Source of the DNA: Myxococcota bacterium
GTDB lineage: Bacteria > Myxococcota_A > UBA9160 > UBA6930
Assembly: GCA_965223415.1 (NCBI GenBank)
Contig: OZ245002.1
Span: forward strand, 2,944,001 to 3,008,000
Direction of reading: 5' to 3'
DNA: 64,000 bases
Numbering within the stretch: position 1 is the stretch's first letter; every line of letters starts with the position of its first letter. A program made the position numbers and the translations under genes. Shown here piece by piece: positions 42,479 through 52,342 of the stretch. The notes beneath the pieces were generated by a model. That model was not told the DNA's origin. It saw only the letters and a list, made by a program, of their open reading frames with translations, and did not search any database.

Positions 42479-43324
42479 GTGGCCGAAGCCGCTCATCAGC
42501 CCGTTCCGTTGGAGTCGCTCCGGCGCGCCCTTCGCCCTCTCTCCTTGCTGGCGAGCCCGGTCTCCTCCGGGCTCGAGCGGGCTCCGAAGGCCGGGCCGGT
42601 GCTCTTCGTCGGCAACCACACGATCTACGGAATGCTCGACGTTCCGCTCCTGGGCCTGGAGATCCATGAGCGGACCGGCCGGCCGGTGCGCGGACTGGCC
42701 GACCACCTGCACTTCTCCCTGCCGGGCTGGCGCGACGCCCTCGTCGCCCTGGGCGGCGTCCGCGGCACCCGCGAGAACTGCGCGCGGCTCTTCCGGGAAG
42801 GGGAGCAGGTGATGGTCTTCCCCGGCGGCGGCCGCGAGGTGGTGCGGCGCCGGGGCGAGGCCTACCAGCTCATCTGGAAGCAGCGCATCGGCTTCGCCCG
42901 GCTGGCCATCCAGCACGGGGTGCCGATCGTGCCCTTCGCCTCGGTCGGCGTGGACGACATGTTCGAGATCCTGGTCGACGCGAACGACGTCATGGCCTCG
43001 CCGGTCGGCACGCTCCTCGAGCGGCTCGGCGTCACGGACGAGCCCTGGTTCCGAGGCGGTGAGCTCATTCCCTCCCTTTCGCGAGGCAAGGGCATCGCCG
43101 GGCTGCCTCGGGCGGAGCGCATGTACTTCCACTTCGCCGACCCGATCGACACCAGCCGTTTCGCCGGTCTCCACGAGGATCGCGACGCCTGCTTCGCCCT
43201 GCGCAAGGAGGTGCAGCTCGCGATCGAGCAGGGCGTCGGCGCGCTGATGGAGAAGCGCGATCGCGATCCCGAGCCCTACCCGGTCCAGCGCCTGCTGCGA
43301 GGCCTGGCCTCGCGGCTCGGCTGA
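42479..43324 (+). CDS. Lysophospholipid/diacylglycerol acyltransferase family protein
   Basis: FVGNH....D, FPGGGRE, GFARLA...VPIVP; AAGGAGG RBS. Confidence 0.88.
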   Translation: MAEAAHQPVPLESLRRALRPLSLLASPVSSGLERAPKAGPVLFVGNHTIYGMLDVPLLGLEIHERTGRPVRGLADHLHFSLPGWRDALVALGGVRGTRENCARLFREGEQVMVFPGGGREVVRRRGEAYQLIWKQRIGFARLAIQHGVPIVPFASVGVDDMFEILVDANDVMASPVGTLLERLGVTDEPWFRGGELIPSLSRGKGIAGLPRAERMYFHFADPIDTSRFAGLHEDRDACFALRKEVQLAIEQGVGALMEKRDRDPEPYPVQRLLRGLASRLG

Positions 43325-43336
43325 GGCGACGACCGC

Positions 43337-43990
43337 GTGTCCCCTGCCGCGCAGGCATCCCGAGCCGAGGACGCCAGCACCCGCGAGCGCATCCTCGAGG
43401 CCGCCCTCACCAGCTTCTCGGAGCTGGGCTTCGACGGCGCCACCACCCGCGAGATCGCGCGACGCGCCGGCGTGAACCTCGGCCTGATCAAGTACTACTT
43501 CGACGGCAAGGAGCGCCTGTGGCGCGAGGCGGTGACACGCGCCTTCGAGCAGCTGGCCAGCGGCCTGGGCGACGCCCTCGACGATGCGGGGGGCTTCGAC
43601 GATCGCGAGCGGCTCCGCCGCGTGCTGCGCCGCTACATCCGCTGGACCGCCCGCCATCCCGAGTTCATCCGCCTCATGCACGACGAGGGCAGCCACGACA
43701 GCCCGCGCCTCCGCTGGCTCGTCGACGAGCACATCCGGCCGATGTACGAGACGGTCATCGGCGCCCTGGGCGCCGCGCAGCAGCGGGGCGTGCTACCTCC
43801 CGGCATCGACCCGCTCCACTTCCACTACACGCTGCTCGGCGCCGTGGGCCTGGTCTTCCACCAGTCCGCCGAGTGCCGCTTGCTGACCGGACGCGATCCC
43901 TCGGACGAGGCCTTCGTCGAGGCCCATGCCGAGGCCGTGCTCCACCTGTTCCTTGGACCCGCCCCCGACGACGAGGAGAACCCTTCATGA
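43337..43990 (+). CDS. TetR/AcrR regulator
   Basis: TTREIARRAGVNLGLIKYYFDGK HTH. Confidence 0.92.
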   Translation: MSPAAQASRAEDASTRERILEAALTSFSELGFDGATTREIARRAGVNLGLIKYYFDGKERLWREAVTRAFEQLASGLGDALDDAGGFDDRERLRRVLRRYIRWTARHPEFIRLMHDEGSHDSPRLRWLVDEHIRPMYETVIGALGAAQQRGVLPPGIDPLHFHYTLLGAVGLVFHQSAECRLLTGRDPSDEAFVEAHAEAVLHLFLGPAPDDEENPS

Positions 43991-44859
43991 AGCTCGTGAC
44001 CTTCACGGAATCCGACCGGACCCGCATCGGCGTGGTCGTGGGAGACGGCGTCGCCGATCTCTCCACCGCCGCTCCGGAGCTGCCCACCGAGATGTGCGCT
44101 CTGCTCGAGGCGGGCCCCGATGCCCTCGCCGCGGTTCGCGGCGCGGCCGAGGCGACGCCGACCCTGCCTCTCGCCGACCTGCGACTCGAATCGCCCGTCC
44201 TACGGCCGCCGAAGATCCTCGCCATCGGCCTCAACTACGCGGACCACGTGGCGGAGGCCGGCATGGAGACGCCGACCATCCCCATGGTCTTCAACAAGCA
44301 GTCGACCTCGGTGGTCGGGCCGACGGATCCCTTCCACATGCCGCGCGTCTCGACCGCCCTCGACTACGAGGGCGAGCTCGGCATCGTGATCGGCCGCCGC
44401 TGCCGCCACGTGCCGAAGGAGCGCGCCGCCGAGGTGATCGCCGGCTACACGGTGGTGAACGACGTGAGCGTGCGCGATTGGCAGCTCCGCAGCCCGACCT
44501 TCACGATGGGCAAGAGCTTCGACACCCACTGCCCGCTCGGGCCCTGGATCGTCACCGCCGACGAGATCCCCGATCCCCACACCCTCGATCTCAAGACCTG
44601 GGTGAACGGCGAGCTTCGCCAGTCGTCGAACACGAAGCACCTGATCTTCGACTGCTTCGCCCTGGTGGAGCACCTCTCCACGGCCTTCACCCTCGAGCCC
44701 GGCGACGTGATCCCGACCGGCACGCCGGGCGGCGTCGGAGTGGCCATGAAGCCGCCGAAGATGCTCCAGGTGGGCGACGTGGTGAAGATCGCGATCGACG
44801 GCGTGGGCGAGATCGAGAACGCCGTGGTCGAAGAGCCGGAGGAAACGGCTCGGATCTGA
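43987..44859 (+). CDS. Fumarylacetoacetate hydrolase family protein
   Basis: IGLNYADH, DYEGEL, NDVSVRD, GKSFDT, TGTPGGVG. Confidence 0.93.
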   Translation: MKLVTFTESDRTRIGVVVGDGVADLSTAAPELPTEMCALLEAGPDALAAVRGAAEATPTLPLADLRLESPVLRPPKILAIGLNYADHVAEAGMETPTIPMVFNKQSTSVVGPTDPFHMPRVSTALDYEGELGIVIGRRCRHVPKERAAEVIAGYTVVNDVSVRDWQLRSPTFTMGKSFDTHCPLGPWIVTADEIPDPHTLDLKTWVNGELRQSSNTKHLIFDCFALVEHLSTAFTLEPGDVIPTGTPGGVGVAMKPPKMLQVGDVVKIAIDGVGEIENAVVEEPEETARI

Positions 44860-44916
44860 CGCGGCGGGATCAGCTGGGAACCGACTTCGACGGTGGCGAG
44901 TCGATCCTCGGCGTCG

Positions 44917-45750
44917 GAAGACGCCACCGAACATCAGGAACAGGAAGGGGCGGCGGGAGATGGCGCCGGTCTCGACGGAGTTGAGCGCGGCCACCTGGAA
45001 CGGATCGCTGCCGTAGAGCTGGGTGTCGGCCATCGGCGTGCCGCCGTGGTGGCTGAGGGGAAGCTCCATCTCCTCGCACAGGGACCACAGGCGCTCGTAG
45101 CGGGGGTCGTTGTAGCCCGGCAGCCCGGAGCCCGGCTGGAGGCCCGGCAGGGCGACGCCGCCGCGGAGCCCGCACTTCACGAAGTGCTCGATCTCCTCCA
45201 GCGCCACGTCCATGTCGTGGAGCGCCACCTGGATGATGCCGGCTCGGCGGCCTGGTGCGTCGTTGCACAGCTCCGCGAGCCAGCGGTTGTAGGCCCGCTT
45301 GCCGGCAGCTTCGAGTTCGGGCTTCGCGGGCGCGAAGAGGGAGCGGAAGGGCATGCGCGTGCCGAACACGCCGTCCGGGTGGATCACCTCGGCGACGACG
45401 CCCTCTCGCTCGAGGGCGGCGAGCCGCGCCGTGGAATCCCACGCCCCCTCGATGCTCGCCTCGCTCGGGTAGTTGTTCTCGACGTTCAGCTGGGCGGCCT
45501 CCTCGGGAACCCCGAGCGCCTTCAGGTTGGCGAGCTGGCGGGCGCGGAATGCCCCGTCCCCGCTTTCGGCCACCTCCTCCACCTCGGCGCCGAACAGGTT
45601 GCGGGTGGCCTTCTCCTCGTTCTCCACCCAGGCGTCGAACTCGCCGAGGAAGGCCGGGTCGACGTAGGGCCGGTAGTCCACGGGACGGCGAGGCCCCGCG
45701 TGGCAATCGGCCGAGATCACGACGTGACGGGGAGTGGCGCTTCGCTCCAT
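44917..45750 (-). pseudogene. 3'-truncated Amidohydrolase_2 gene
   Basis: ISADCH, EGVVAEVI, YNRWLAELC; family-like sequence ends at LMFGGVF, no GSD(Y/F)PH; frame runs on antisense into the FAH gene. Confidence 0.75.
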
Positions 45751-45802
45751 GTCGCTCTCCGGTCTCACCCCTCCGGTAGTCTGGCACGGGGGCGCCCGGG
45801 CG

Positions 45803-46876
45803 TCAGCCGCCCCGCACGTTGGTCGAGGGCGTGTACGGCAGGTCGAGGGTGCTGACGAGCCCCGGGGCGTGCTCGCAGAGCGCCGGGATGGCGTTGATCA
45901 TGCGCATCGCCGTCGTCTGGACGCCACCGGTGTTGTGGTCTCCATCCTCCCCGGTGACGAAGCACTCGAGCTGGACCGAGGGATTGGCCCGGACGATGCA
46001 ACGGTGCACGCCGGGGCGGCCGTCGGGAGGCATGGGCCATTCCGGCGCGATGCCGGCCGCGAGCCGGTTCACGTGCTCGGTGACGACTACCGGCCGGCCG
46101 TGGGCCATGCCCTCGAGCTGGAAGCGCACGGCCGCACAGGTGCCGGCGGGCACGTGCATCATCGGCGTGTCAAAGGCCTCGTCCGTGTAGAAGCGTTCGA
46201 AGCTCTCGCGGATCTCGTCCAGCTCCACGCCGATGCGGTCGGCGACCATCTGCACCATGCCTCCCCACCCGGTGCGGAGCACGCCCGGCATGGAGAGGGG
46301 CGGCTTGTAGTCCGGCCCCCGCCCGAAGCCGAAGCTCACGCCGGTGAACTCCGGATCCTCGTAGGTAGAGTAGTCGCAGAGCTCCTGGACGCGGACCTCT
46401 TCGATCTGGTCGGCCAGCTGCAGCGCCGCCAGCGGGAGCACGTCGCCGGAGAAGCCCGGATCGATCCCACTCACGTAGAAGGTCGAGCCGCCCTCCTGGC
46501 ACGCCTTCTCGAGGGGCTCCCGCATGCGATCGCTGGCAAAGGTCGGGTAGACCAGGTAGATCATCGAGGTCGAGGCGACGTTGGCACCGGAGGCGAGGAT
46601 GCGCTCGAGCTCGGGGATCACCTCGTGTGGACGCGTCTCGGCATTCACCGTGTAGACGACGCCGTCGGCGCCCAGGGAGAGGAGTGCTTCGACGTCGTTG
46701 GTGGCGATGATGCCCGTTTCGTCCGGCAGACCGCAGAGACGTGCCGCGTCCTTGCCCACCTTCTCGGGGCTGTGGGCGTGGACGCCGACCAGCTCGAAAT
46801 CGGGATGACGGATCAGGTGGCGCAGGCTGTGGAAGCCGACGTTGCCGGTACCCCATTGGATCACGCGATGAGTCAT
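45803..46876 (-). CDS. NAD(P)H-dependent amine dehydrogenase / DapB-like oxidoreductase
   Basis: QWGTGNVG, SGIDPGF, TAMRMINAIP..C. Confidence 0.85.
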   Translation of the reverse strand: MTHRVIQWGTGNVGFHSLRHLIRHPDFELVGVHAHSPEKVGKDAARLCGLPDETGIIATNDVEALLSLGADGVVYTVNAETRPHEVIPELERILASGANVASTSMIYLVYPTFASDRMREPLEKACQEGGSTFYVSGIDPGFSGDVLPLAALQLADQIEEVRVQELCDYSTYEDPEFTGVSFGFGRGPDYKPPLSMPGVLRTGWGGMVQMVADRIGVELDEIRESFERFYTDEAFDTPMMHVPAGTCAAVRFQLEGMAHGRPVVVTEHVNRLAAGIAPEWPMPPDGRPGVHRCIVRANPSVQLECFVTGEDGDHNTGGVQTTAMRMINAIPALCEHAPGLVSTLDLPYTPSTNVRGG

Positions 46877-46928
46877 GGACCGATGCTACCATGCGCCGCC
46901 GATCGGATCTGACACCGAGGAGAATCAC

Positions 46929-48143
46929 ATGGAACGCCGGGACTTCCTGAAGGGCGCGAGCATGGCGGGCGCGCTATCGCTGCTGCCCCTGGCCGAGCTG
47001 GCACGGGCCGACGGCCACGAGGGCGCAGCCGCCCAGCGCCCCGAGACCGAGAGCGGCAAGGCCTACGCCGAGCTGGCCCGCACCCTCCAGGAGGTGGAGG
47101 CCGAGTACCTGAGCGCCGAGCGCCGCGTCACCCGCGCGGCGGACGTGAGCGACGGCCATCGCTTCATCCTGCACGTCCTCCAGGCCGCGCTCTTCCTGCG
47201 CTTCGAGTACGACCCGGAGCGCCCCTCATTCAAGCGCATCGTCTCGCCGACCCGCAAGATGCTCGGCGACAACCCGGACGCCATCTACTTCGAGGCCGCG
47301 ATCCGCGGCGACCGCCGCTACCGCATCCGCGGCAACACGGCGGGCGCGGTCTACACCTCGTTCACCGTCGAGGCGGGCGGCACCGAGGGCGGCTACCCGG
47401 AGCGCACCGAGGGATGGATCAACGACAAGGAGATGAGCCTCGAGGGCGACGGCGGCTACGAGATCACACTCGGGCCCGACACCTCGGGGCCCAACACGAT
47501 CAAGCTGCCCGCCGACGCGCGCACGGTCACGACCCGGAGCTACTTCGAGACGAAGCGGAGCGCCGCGGCGGATCCGAGCCGGGTCGTGCCCATCGTGATC
47601 GAGCCCCTCGACGATCCGGGCCCCTCGCCCTCCCCCGACGACGCGTCGATCGCCGCAGCGATCCGCCGGGTGATCGCCTACCTGCGCGGCATCACCGTCG
47701 ATCTGGTCCTGGGCGCGACCAGCGAGAGCTGGGTTTCCACGGTCCCCAACCAGTTCAACCCACCCGGCAAGCCCGGGGCCATGGCCTTCGCAGCCAGGGA
47801 CAACGCCTACGCGATGGCTCCCTACGCCCTGCGCCCGGACCAGGCGCTGGTGATCGAGGGGAGCTTCCCGACGTGCATCTTCTCCAACGTCGTGCTGTGG
47901 AACCGCTACCTCCAGAGCTACGACTACGCGAGCCGTACCATCTCCCTGAACCGCGAGCAGACGTGGCAGGGCGCCGACGGCCGCTACCGCATCGTGATCG
48001 CGGGCAGCGATCCCGGCGTCCCGAACTGGATCGACACGGGGGGCCGGCCGAGCGGCCTCGTCTACTGGCGCTTCATGCTGCCGGAGGGTGAGATCGAGAC
48101 GCCCCAGGCGAAGGTGGTGCCGCTGGCGGAGCTGCGGGCCTAG
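46929..48143 (+). CDS. Tat-exported DUF1214-like protein
   Basis: MERRDFLKG Tat motif; GDNPDAIY, DPGVPNWIDTGG...WRF. Confidence 0.8.
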   Translation: MERRDFLKGASMAGALSLLPLAELARADGHEGAAAQRPETESGKAYAELARTLQEVEAEYLSAERRVTRAADVSDGHRFILHVLQAALFLRFEYDPERPSFKRIVSPTRKMLGDNPDAIYFEAAIRGDRRYRIRGNTAGAVYTSFTVEAGGTEGGYPERTEGWINDKEMSLEGDGGYEITLGPDTSGPNTIKLPADARTVTTRSYFETKRSAAADPSRVVPIVIEPLDDPGPSPSPDDASIAAAIRRVIAYLRGITVDLVLGATSESWVSTVPNQFNPPGKPGAMAFAARDNAYAMAPYALRPDQALVIEGSFPTCIFSNVVLWNRYLQSYDYASRTISLNREQTWQGADGRYRIVIAGSDPGVPNWIDTGGRPSGLVYWRFMLPEGEIETPQAKVVPLAELRA

Positions 48144-48144
48144 C

Positions 48145-49575
48145 GTGGAGACGCCGGTCATCGCCGGGGTCGGCCAGGTGCTGCAGCGGCTGGACGATCC
48201 CCGGGAGGCGGCGGAGCCGCTCGAGATGATGGTCGCCGCCCTGGAGCGCGCGGCGGAGGACGCCGCCGCGCCGAAGCTCCTGGGGCGGGCCGACGCCATC
48301 TACGTCCCACGCGGGGCGTGGGGCTACGCCGAGCCCGGCAGGGCCGTCGCCCAGCGGCTCGGCGCGTCACCCACCGAATCCGTCGGCACCTTCTACGGCG
48401 GCAACTTCTCCCAGGGATGCGTCATCGAGGCCGCCCGCGAGATCCAGGCCGGCCGGCACGGCGTGGTGCTGGTGGTCGGCGCCGAGAACGGGCGCAGCAC
48501 CGGCCAGGCCGCGCGCCTGGGCGCCGAGCTCGATCCGAGCGAGGCGCCGGGCGTGCCGGATCGCATGCTGGCGCCGGACAAACCCCTCTTTCACGAGGCC
48601 GAGCTGGCCCGGGGCATGAACAGCGCGAGCGATGTCTTCGCCGTGGTCGAGAGCGCCATCCGTCACGCTCGGGGAGAGAGCGTGGAGGCCCACGCCGCGC
48701 GGATCGCGGCGATCTGGGCGGGCTTCAATCGGGTGGCCCAAGGCAATCCGAATGCCTGGATCCGCGAGCCGATCGACGCCGAGGCGATCCGCTGCGCCGG
48801 CCCCGACAACCCGATGATCTCCTTTCCCTACACCCGCCTCATGAACGCGAACCCGCGGGTGGACATGGGGGCCGGCCTCCTGCTCTGCTCCCTCGCCATC
48901 GCCCGTGAGGCCGGCGTTCCCGAGGACCGGCTCGTCTACCTGCATGCGGCCACCGAGGCGAACGACAGCAACTACCTGTCGGAGCGCCTCGAGCTCCACC
49001 GCTCTCCGGCGATTCGCATCGCCGGCGCGCGGCTCCTCGAGCTCGCGGAAACGGCGGTGGGCGAGGTCGACCACGTCGACCTCTACAGCTGCTTCCCCTC
49101 CTCAGTCCAGGTGGCCGCGGCGGAGCTCGGCTTTCCCGAGGATAGGCCGCTCACGGTCACCGGCGGCCTCACCTTCGGCGGCGGCCCGCTCAACTGCTAC
49201 GGGCTCCACGCCGTGGCGCGCATGGCGGAGGTGGTGCGCAGGGACCGCGGCTCCCGGGGCCTCGTGCACGGCAATGGCGGCTGGCTCGCGAAGCAATCCC
49301 TCGGCGTCTACTCCGCGGAGCCGCCCCGCGAGGGGTTTCGCTACGAGAACCTCCAGGCCCGGGTCGACGCGGAGGGCCCGGTCACCCTCGAGGCCTACAC
49401 CGTGGGCCACCGGAAGGGCGAACCGGAGCGGGCGCTCGTCGCCTGTCTCACGCAAGACGAGCAGCGCACCTGGGGGCTCGTCGACGATCCCGCCGTGATG
49501 GATGCGATGATGCAGGAGGAGCTCTGCGGACGGCCCGGGCAGCTCGCCGCCGGCGGCCGCCTGGAAGTCGCGTAG
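48145..49575 (+). CDS. Thiolase-like (acetyl-CoA acetyltransferase-like) protein
   Basis: PVIAGVGQ, DLYSCFPSSVQ, TVTGGLTFGGGP.N.Y..H. Confidence 0.85.
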   Translation: METPVIAGVGQVLQRLDDPREAAEPLEMMVAALERAAEDAAAPKLLGRADAIYVPRGAWGYAEPGRAVAQRLGASPTESVGTFYGGNFSQGCVIEAAREIQAGRHGVVLVVGAENGRSTGQAARLGAELDPSEAPGVPDRMLAPDKPLFHEAELARGMNSASDVFAVVESAIRHARGESVEAHAARIAAIWAGFNRVAQGNPNAWIREPIDAEAIRCAGPDNPMISFPYTRLMNANPRVDMGAGLLLCSLAIAREAGVPEDRLVYLHAATEANDSNYLSERLELHRSPAIRIAGARLLELAETAVGEVDHVDLYSCFPSSVQVAAAELGFPEDRPLTVTGGLTFGGGPLNCYGLHAVARMAEVVRRDRGSRGLVHGNGGWLAKQSLGVYSAEPPREGFRYENLQARVDAEGPVTLEAYTVGHRKGEPERALVACLTQDEQRTWGLVDDPAVMDAMMQEELCGRPGQLAAGGRLEVA

Positions 49576-49771
49576 CGGGAGGCCGGTTTCCCCGCCGCAC
49601 CAGCGCCTTCTCGGCCTCGATCGGCAGGTTGCTGAAGAGGCCGAGCGGAAGAGCGAAGCGCGCTCGCTGGGCACCGCGAGGGAATGCAAGAGCTGGGAGA
49701 GGCCGTGGTCGCGTCGCTGCCGAGCCGGAGAACCTCCCCCGGCGCAGGAGATGCCACTCCGCCTCAGCCAC

Positions 49772-50935
49772 TCACGCGACGCGCACGCTCTCGGGGAGGC
49801 GCCGGGTCAGGATGTCCGCGGCCTCCTCGACCATCTCCTCCACGATCGCGGCGGCGGGCTTGATCTCGCCGATCAGCCCGGATACCTGGCCGGCGAAGGG
49901 GCCGACATACTCGACGTTACCCGCGCGGTTGAACATGTCCACGGCAGCCGAGGCGAGCAGCACCTGGACCGGGAAGGCCAGCGGCTCGAGGCCGGATTCC
50001 TCCCACAGATCGTGGAAGCGGTTGTAGGTCGCCCGCGACGTCTTGCCCGTGTAGATGGTGGTGCGCCGCGTGTCCTCGTCGCCGGCGGCGACGATCGCCT
50101 GCTTCTGGATGTCGAGGGCGCCGCCCTCCTCGGAGGCGAGGAAGCGGGTCCCGACCCAGACGCCGATGCATCCCATGGCCAGCGCGGCGGCCACGCCGCG
50201 GCCGTCGCCGATGCCGCCGGCGGCCAACACTGGGGTCGGCGCCGCCGCGTCGATAGCCTGGGGCCAGAGCGCCATCGAGCCGATACGCCCGGTGTGCCCC
50301 CCGGCCTCGTGCCCCTGGGCCACGACCAGGTCGGCGCCGTCCTTCGCGATGCGTCCCGCGTTCTTGGCGTTGCCGGCGATGCCCAGCACCTTCATGCCGG
50401 CGGCGTGGGCGGCGTCGATCATGAAGCCCGGGTTGCCGAGGCCAGCGCAGAAGAGCGGCACTTGCTCCTCGATGCAGACCTCGACGGCCGCGTGGGGCCG
50501 GGCGGTCGTGGTGCCGCTGCTGATCACGGCTTCCGCCTGGGGCAGGCCGAGATCCTGCTGGATCTTCTCGAGCCACTCGCGGTGGGCCTTGGGCAGCACG
50601 TTCAGTGCGGCGCTGAGCGGGACGTCCTGGGTATCGGCGGCCGGCGCGTCGCCCGCCGCGACCGTGGCAGCGGGCAGCAGCAGGTCGACGCCAAAGGGCC
50701 GGGAGGTGAGCTTGCGGATCTCGCGGATCTCCTCGCGCAGCTCCTCCACGCTGTACCCGGCGCCGCCGAGCACGCCGAGCCCACCGGCCTCGGAAACGGC
50801 CGCCACCAGCGCGACCGGCGCACCGGTCTTCTCGCCGATCAGGCTGGGGCCCATGCCCGCGCTCAGGATGGGGTACTCGATGTCGAGCAGGTCACAGAGC
50901 GGGGTGCGGAGCGTTCGCTTGGCCAAGGTCGGCAT
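49772..50935 (-). CDS. Nitronate monooxygenase / FabK-like flavoprotein
   Basis: QGHEAGGHTG, LAAGGIGDGRG, GTRF. Confidence 0.9.
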   Translation of the reverse strand: MPTLAKRTLRTPLCDLLDIEYPILSAGMGPSLIGEKTGAPVALVAAVSEAGGLGVLGGAGYSVEELREEIREIRKLTSRPFGVDLLLPAATVAAGDAPAADTQDVPLSAALNVLPKAHREWLEKIQQDLGLPQAEAVISSGTTTARPHAAVEVCIEEQVPLFCAGLGNPGFMIDAAHAAGMKVLGIAGNAKNAGRIAKDGADLVVAQGHEAGGHTGRIGSMALWPQAIDAAAPTPVLAAGGIGDGRGVAAALAMGCIGVWVGTRFLASEEGGALDIQKQAIVAAGDEDTRRTTIYTGKTSRATYNRFHDLWEESGLEPLAFPVQVLLASAAVDMFNRAGNVEYVGPFAGQVSGLIGEIKPAAAIVEEMVEEAADILTRRLPESVRVA

Positions 50936-50956
50936 CCTCCTCGGGGGCGGGGCGCT

Positions 50957-52072
50957 CTAGGGTAGGGCTTCGCGAGGCACTCGTCGGGCGATCGCGGTCA
51001 CCACCTCGTAGTGGATCGTGTCGAGCTTCGCCGCCAGCTCGTCGGCGGTCACCGTCGTTTCACCCTGGCGCCCGATCAGCGCCACGTCGTCGCCCAGCGC
51101 CACCTGGCCGCGCAGCGCCGTCACGTCGACGAGGGTCTGGTCCATGGTGATGGTGCCTACCTGAGGGCAGCGCACGCCGCCCACCAGCACCTCCATGCGG
51201 TTCGAGAGGCTGCGGTGGAGGCCGTCGCCGTAGCCGACCGGGAGGGTGGCCACGAGAGAGGGGCGCTCGGTGCGGAAGGTGTGCCCGTAGGAGAGGCCGG
51301 TTCCGGCGGGCACCTCCTTCAGGAAGGAGATGCGCGTGCGCCACTCGAGGACCGGCTCCAGCTCCGCCACCCGCGGGTTCGCGATATGGGCCGAGGGTGC
51401 GAGGCCGTAGACGGCGATGCCGGGGCGCGCGGCGTCGAAGTGGCTCTCGGGCAGGTCGAGGATGCCGGCGCTGTTGGCGAGGTGGCAGACGAAGGGGCCT
51501 TCGTCCTGGTTGGCCTCGCAGACGCGGCGGAAGGCCCCGACCTGCTCCCGCGAGAAGGACTTGTCCTCTTCGTCGGCGCGCGGGAGGTGACTCATCAGGC
51601 CGCGCACGCGGACACCGCCGAGCTCGCGCGCCTGGGCGAGGAAGGCAGGGACCTCCTCCGGGTGGATGCCGACGCGGCCCATTCCGGTCTCGACCTTGAG
51701 GTGCACCTCGAGCTCGGTCCGAGCGCGCCCGGCAGCGGCGGAGAGCGCCTCCAACGCCTCGTGGGTGCAGACGACCGGCTCCAGGCGATGCCGCACGACC
51801 GCATCGCTCTCCTCGGGCGGCAGCGCCGAGAGCAGGAGCAGCCGGGCGTCGATGCCGATCACGCGCAGCTCCGCGGCCTCGGAGACGTGGGCCACGCAGA
51901 GCGTGTCGTAGCCCTCCGCCACCAGATGGCGGGCGACGATCTCCGCTCCGTGGCCGTAGGCGTTCGCCTTGACGCAGGGCCAGAGCGGGCGCGCCCCCGC
52001 GACCTCGGCGAGAAGACGGAGGTTCCTCGACAGGCGATCCGTGTGGACGATCACCCGCGTGGGGTGGCTCAC
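50957..52072 (-). CDS. alr: Alanine racemase
   Basis: VKANAYGHG, KVETGMGRVG, HLANSA, RPGIAVYG, SYG, GYGDG, MDQ. Confidence 0.96.
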   Translation of the reverse strand: MSHPTRVIVHTDRLSRNLRLLAEVAGARPLWPCVKANAYGHGAEIVARHLVAEGYDTLCVAHVSEAAELRVIGIDARLLLLSALPPEESDAVVRHRLEPVVCTHEALEALSAAAGRARTELEVHLKVETGMGRVGIHPEEVPAFLAQARELGGVRVRGLMSHLPRADEEDKSFSREQVGAFRRVCEANQDEGPFVCHLANSAGILDLPESHFDAARPGIAVYGLAPSAHIANPRVAELEPVLEWRTRISFLKEVPAGTGLSYGHTFRTERPSLVATLPVGYGDGLHRSLSNRMEVLVGGVRCPQVGTITMDQTLVDVTALRGQVALGDDVALIGRQGETTVTADELAAKLDTIHYEVVTAIARRVPREALP

Positions 52073-52342
52073 GGGTCCCTCCGCTGCTGCGCCGCATGGG
52101 TTCATTCTAGGCGATCGCTCGCTCAGCGGTTCGCCGCTCGGCGCCGGCGGCGCTCCTGCAGGCGCGCGACCGCCCGCAGCGTGACCGGGTACGAGATCGC
52201 AGCGACGATGTCGCTCCCGCGCGGGATCTTCCCGGCGAAGCCGCCCGGCTAGCCGCCCGTGGCGGGAGCTGGTGCGGCTCGGGGCGGAGTAGCCGAAGCC
52301 GCGGACGATGCGCCGCCGCACGGTAGGGGCTATCCAGGGCCC

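Noticed and set aside
44200..44916. C-terminal part of the 522-aa amidohydrolase ORF
   Set aside because: Antisense of the FAH gene after the truncation point. A simple frameshift rescue (DAEDRLATVEVGSQLIP) was considered, but no GSD(Y/F)PH follows and the DNA matches the surface-protein relic
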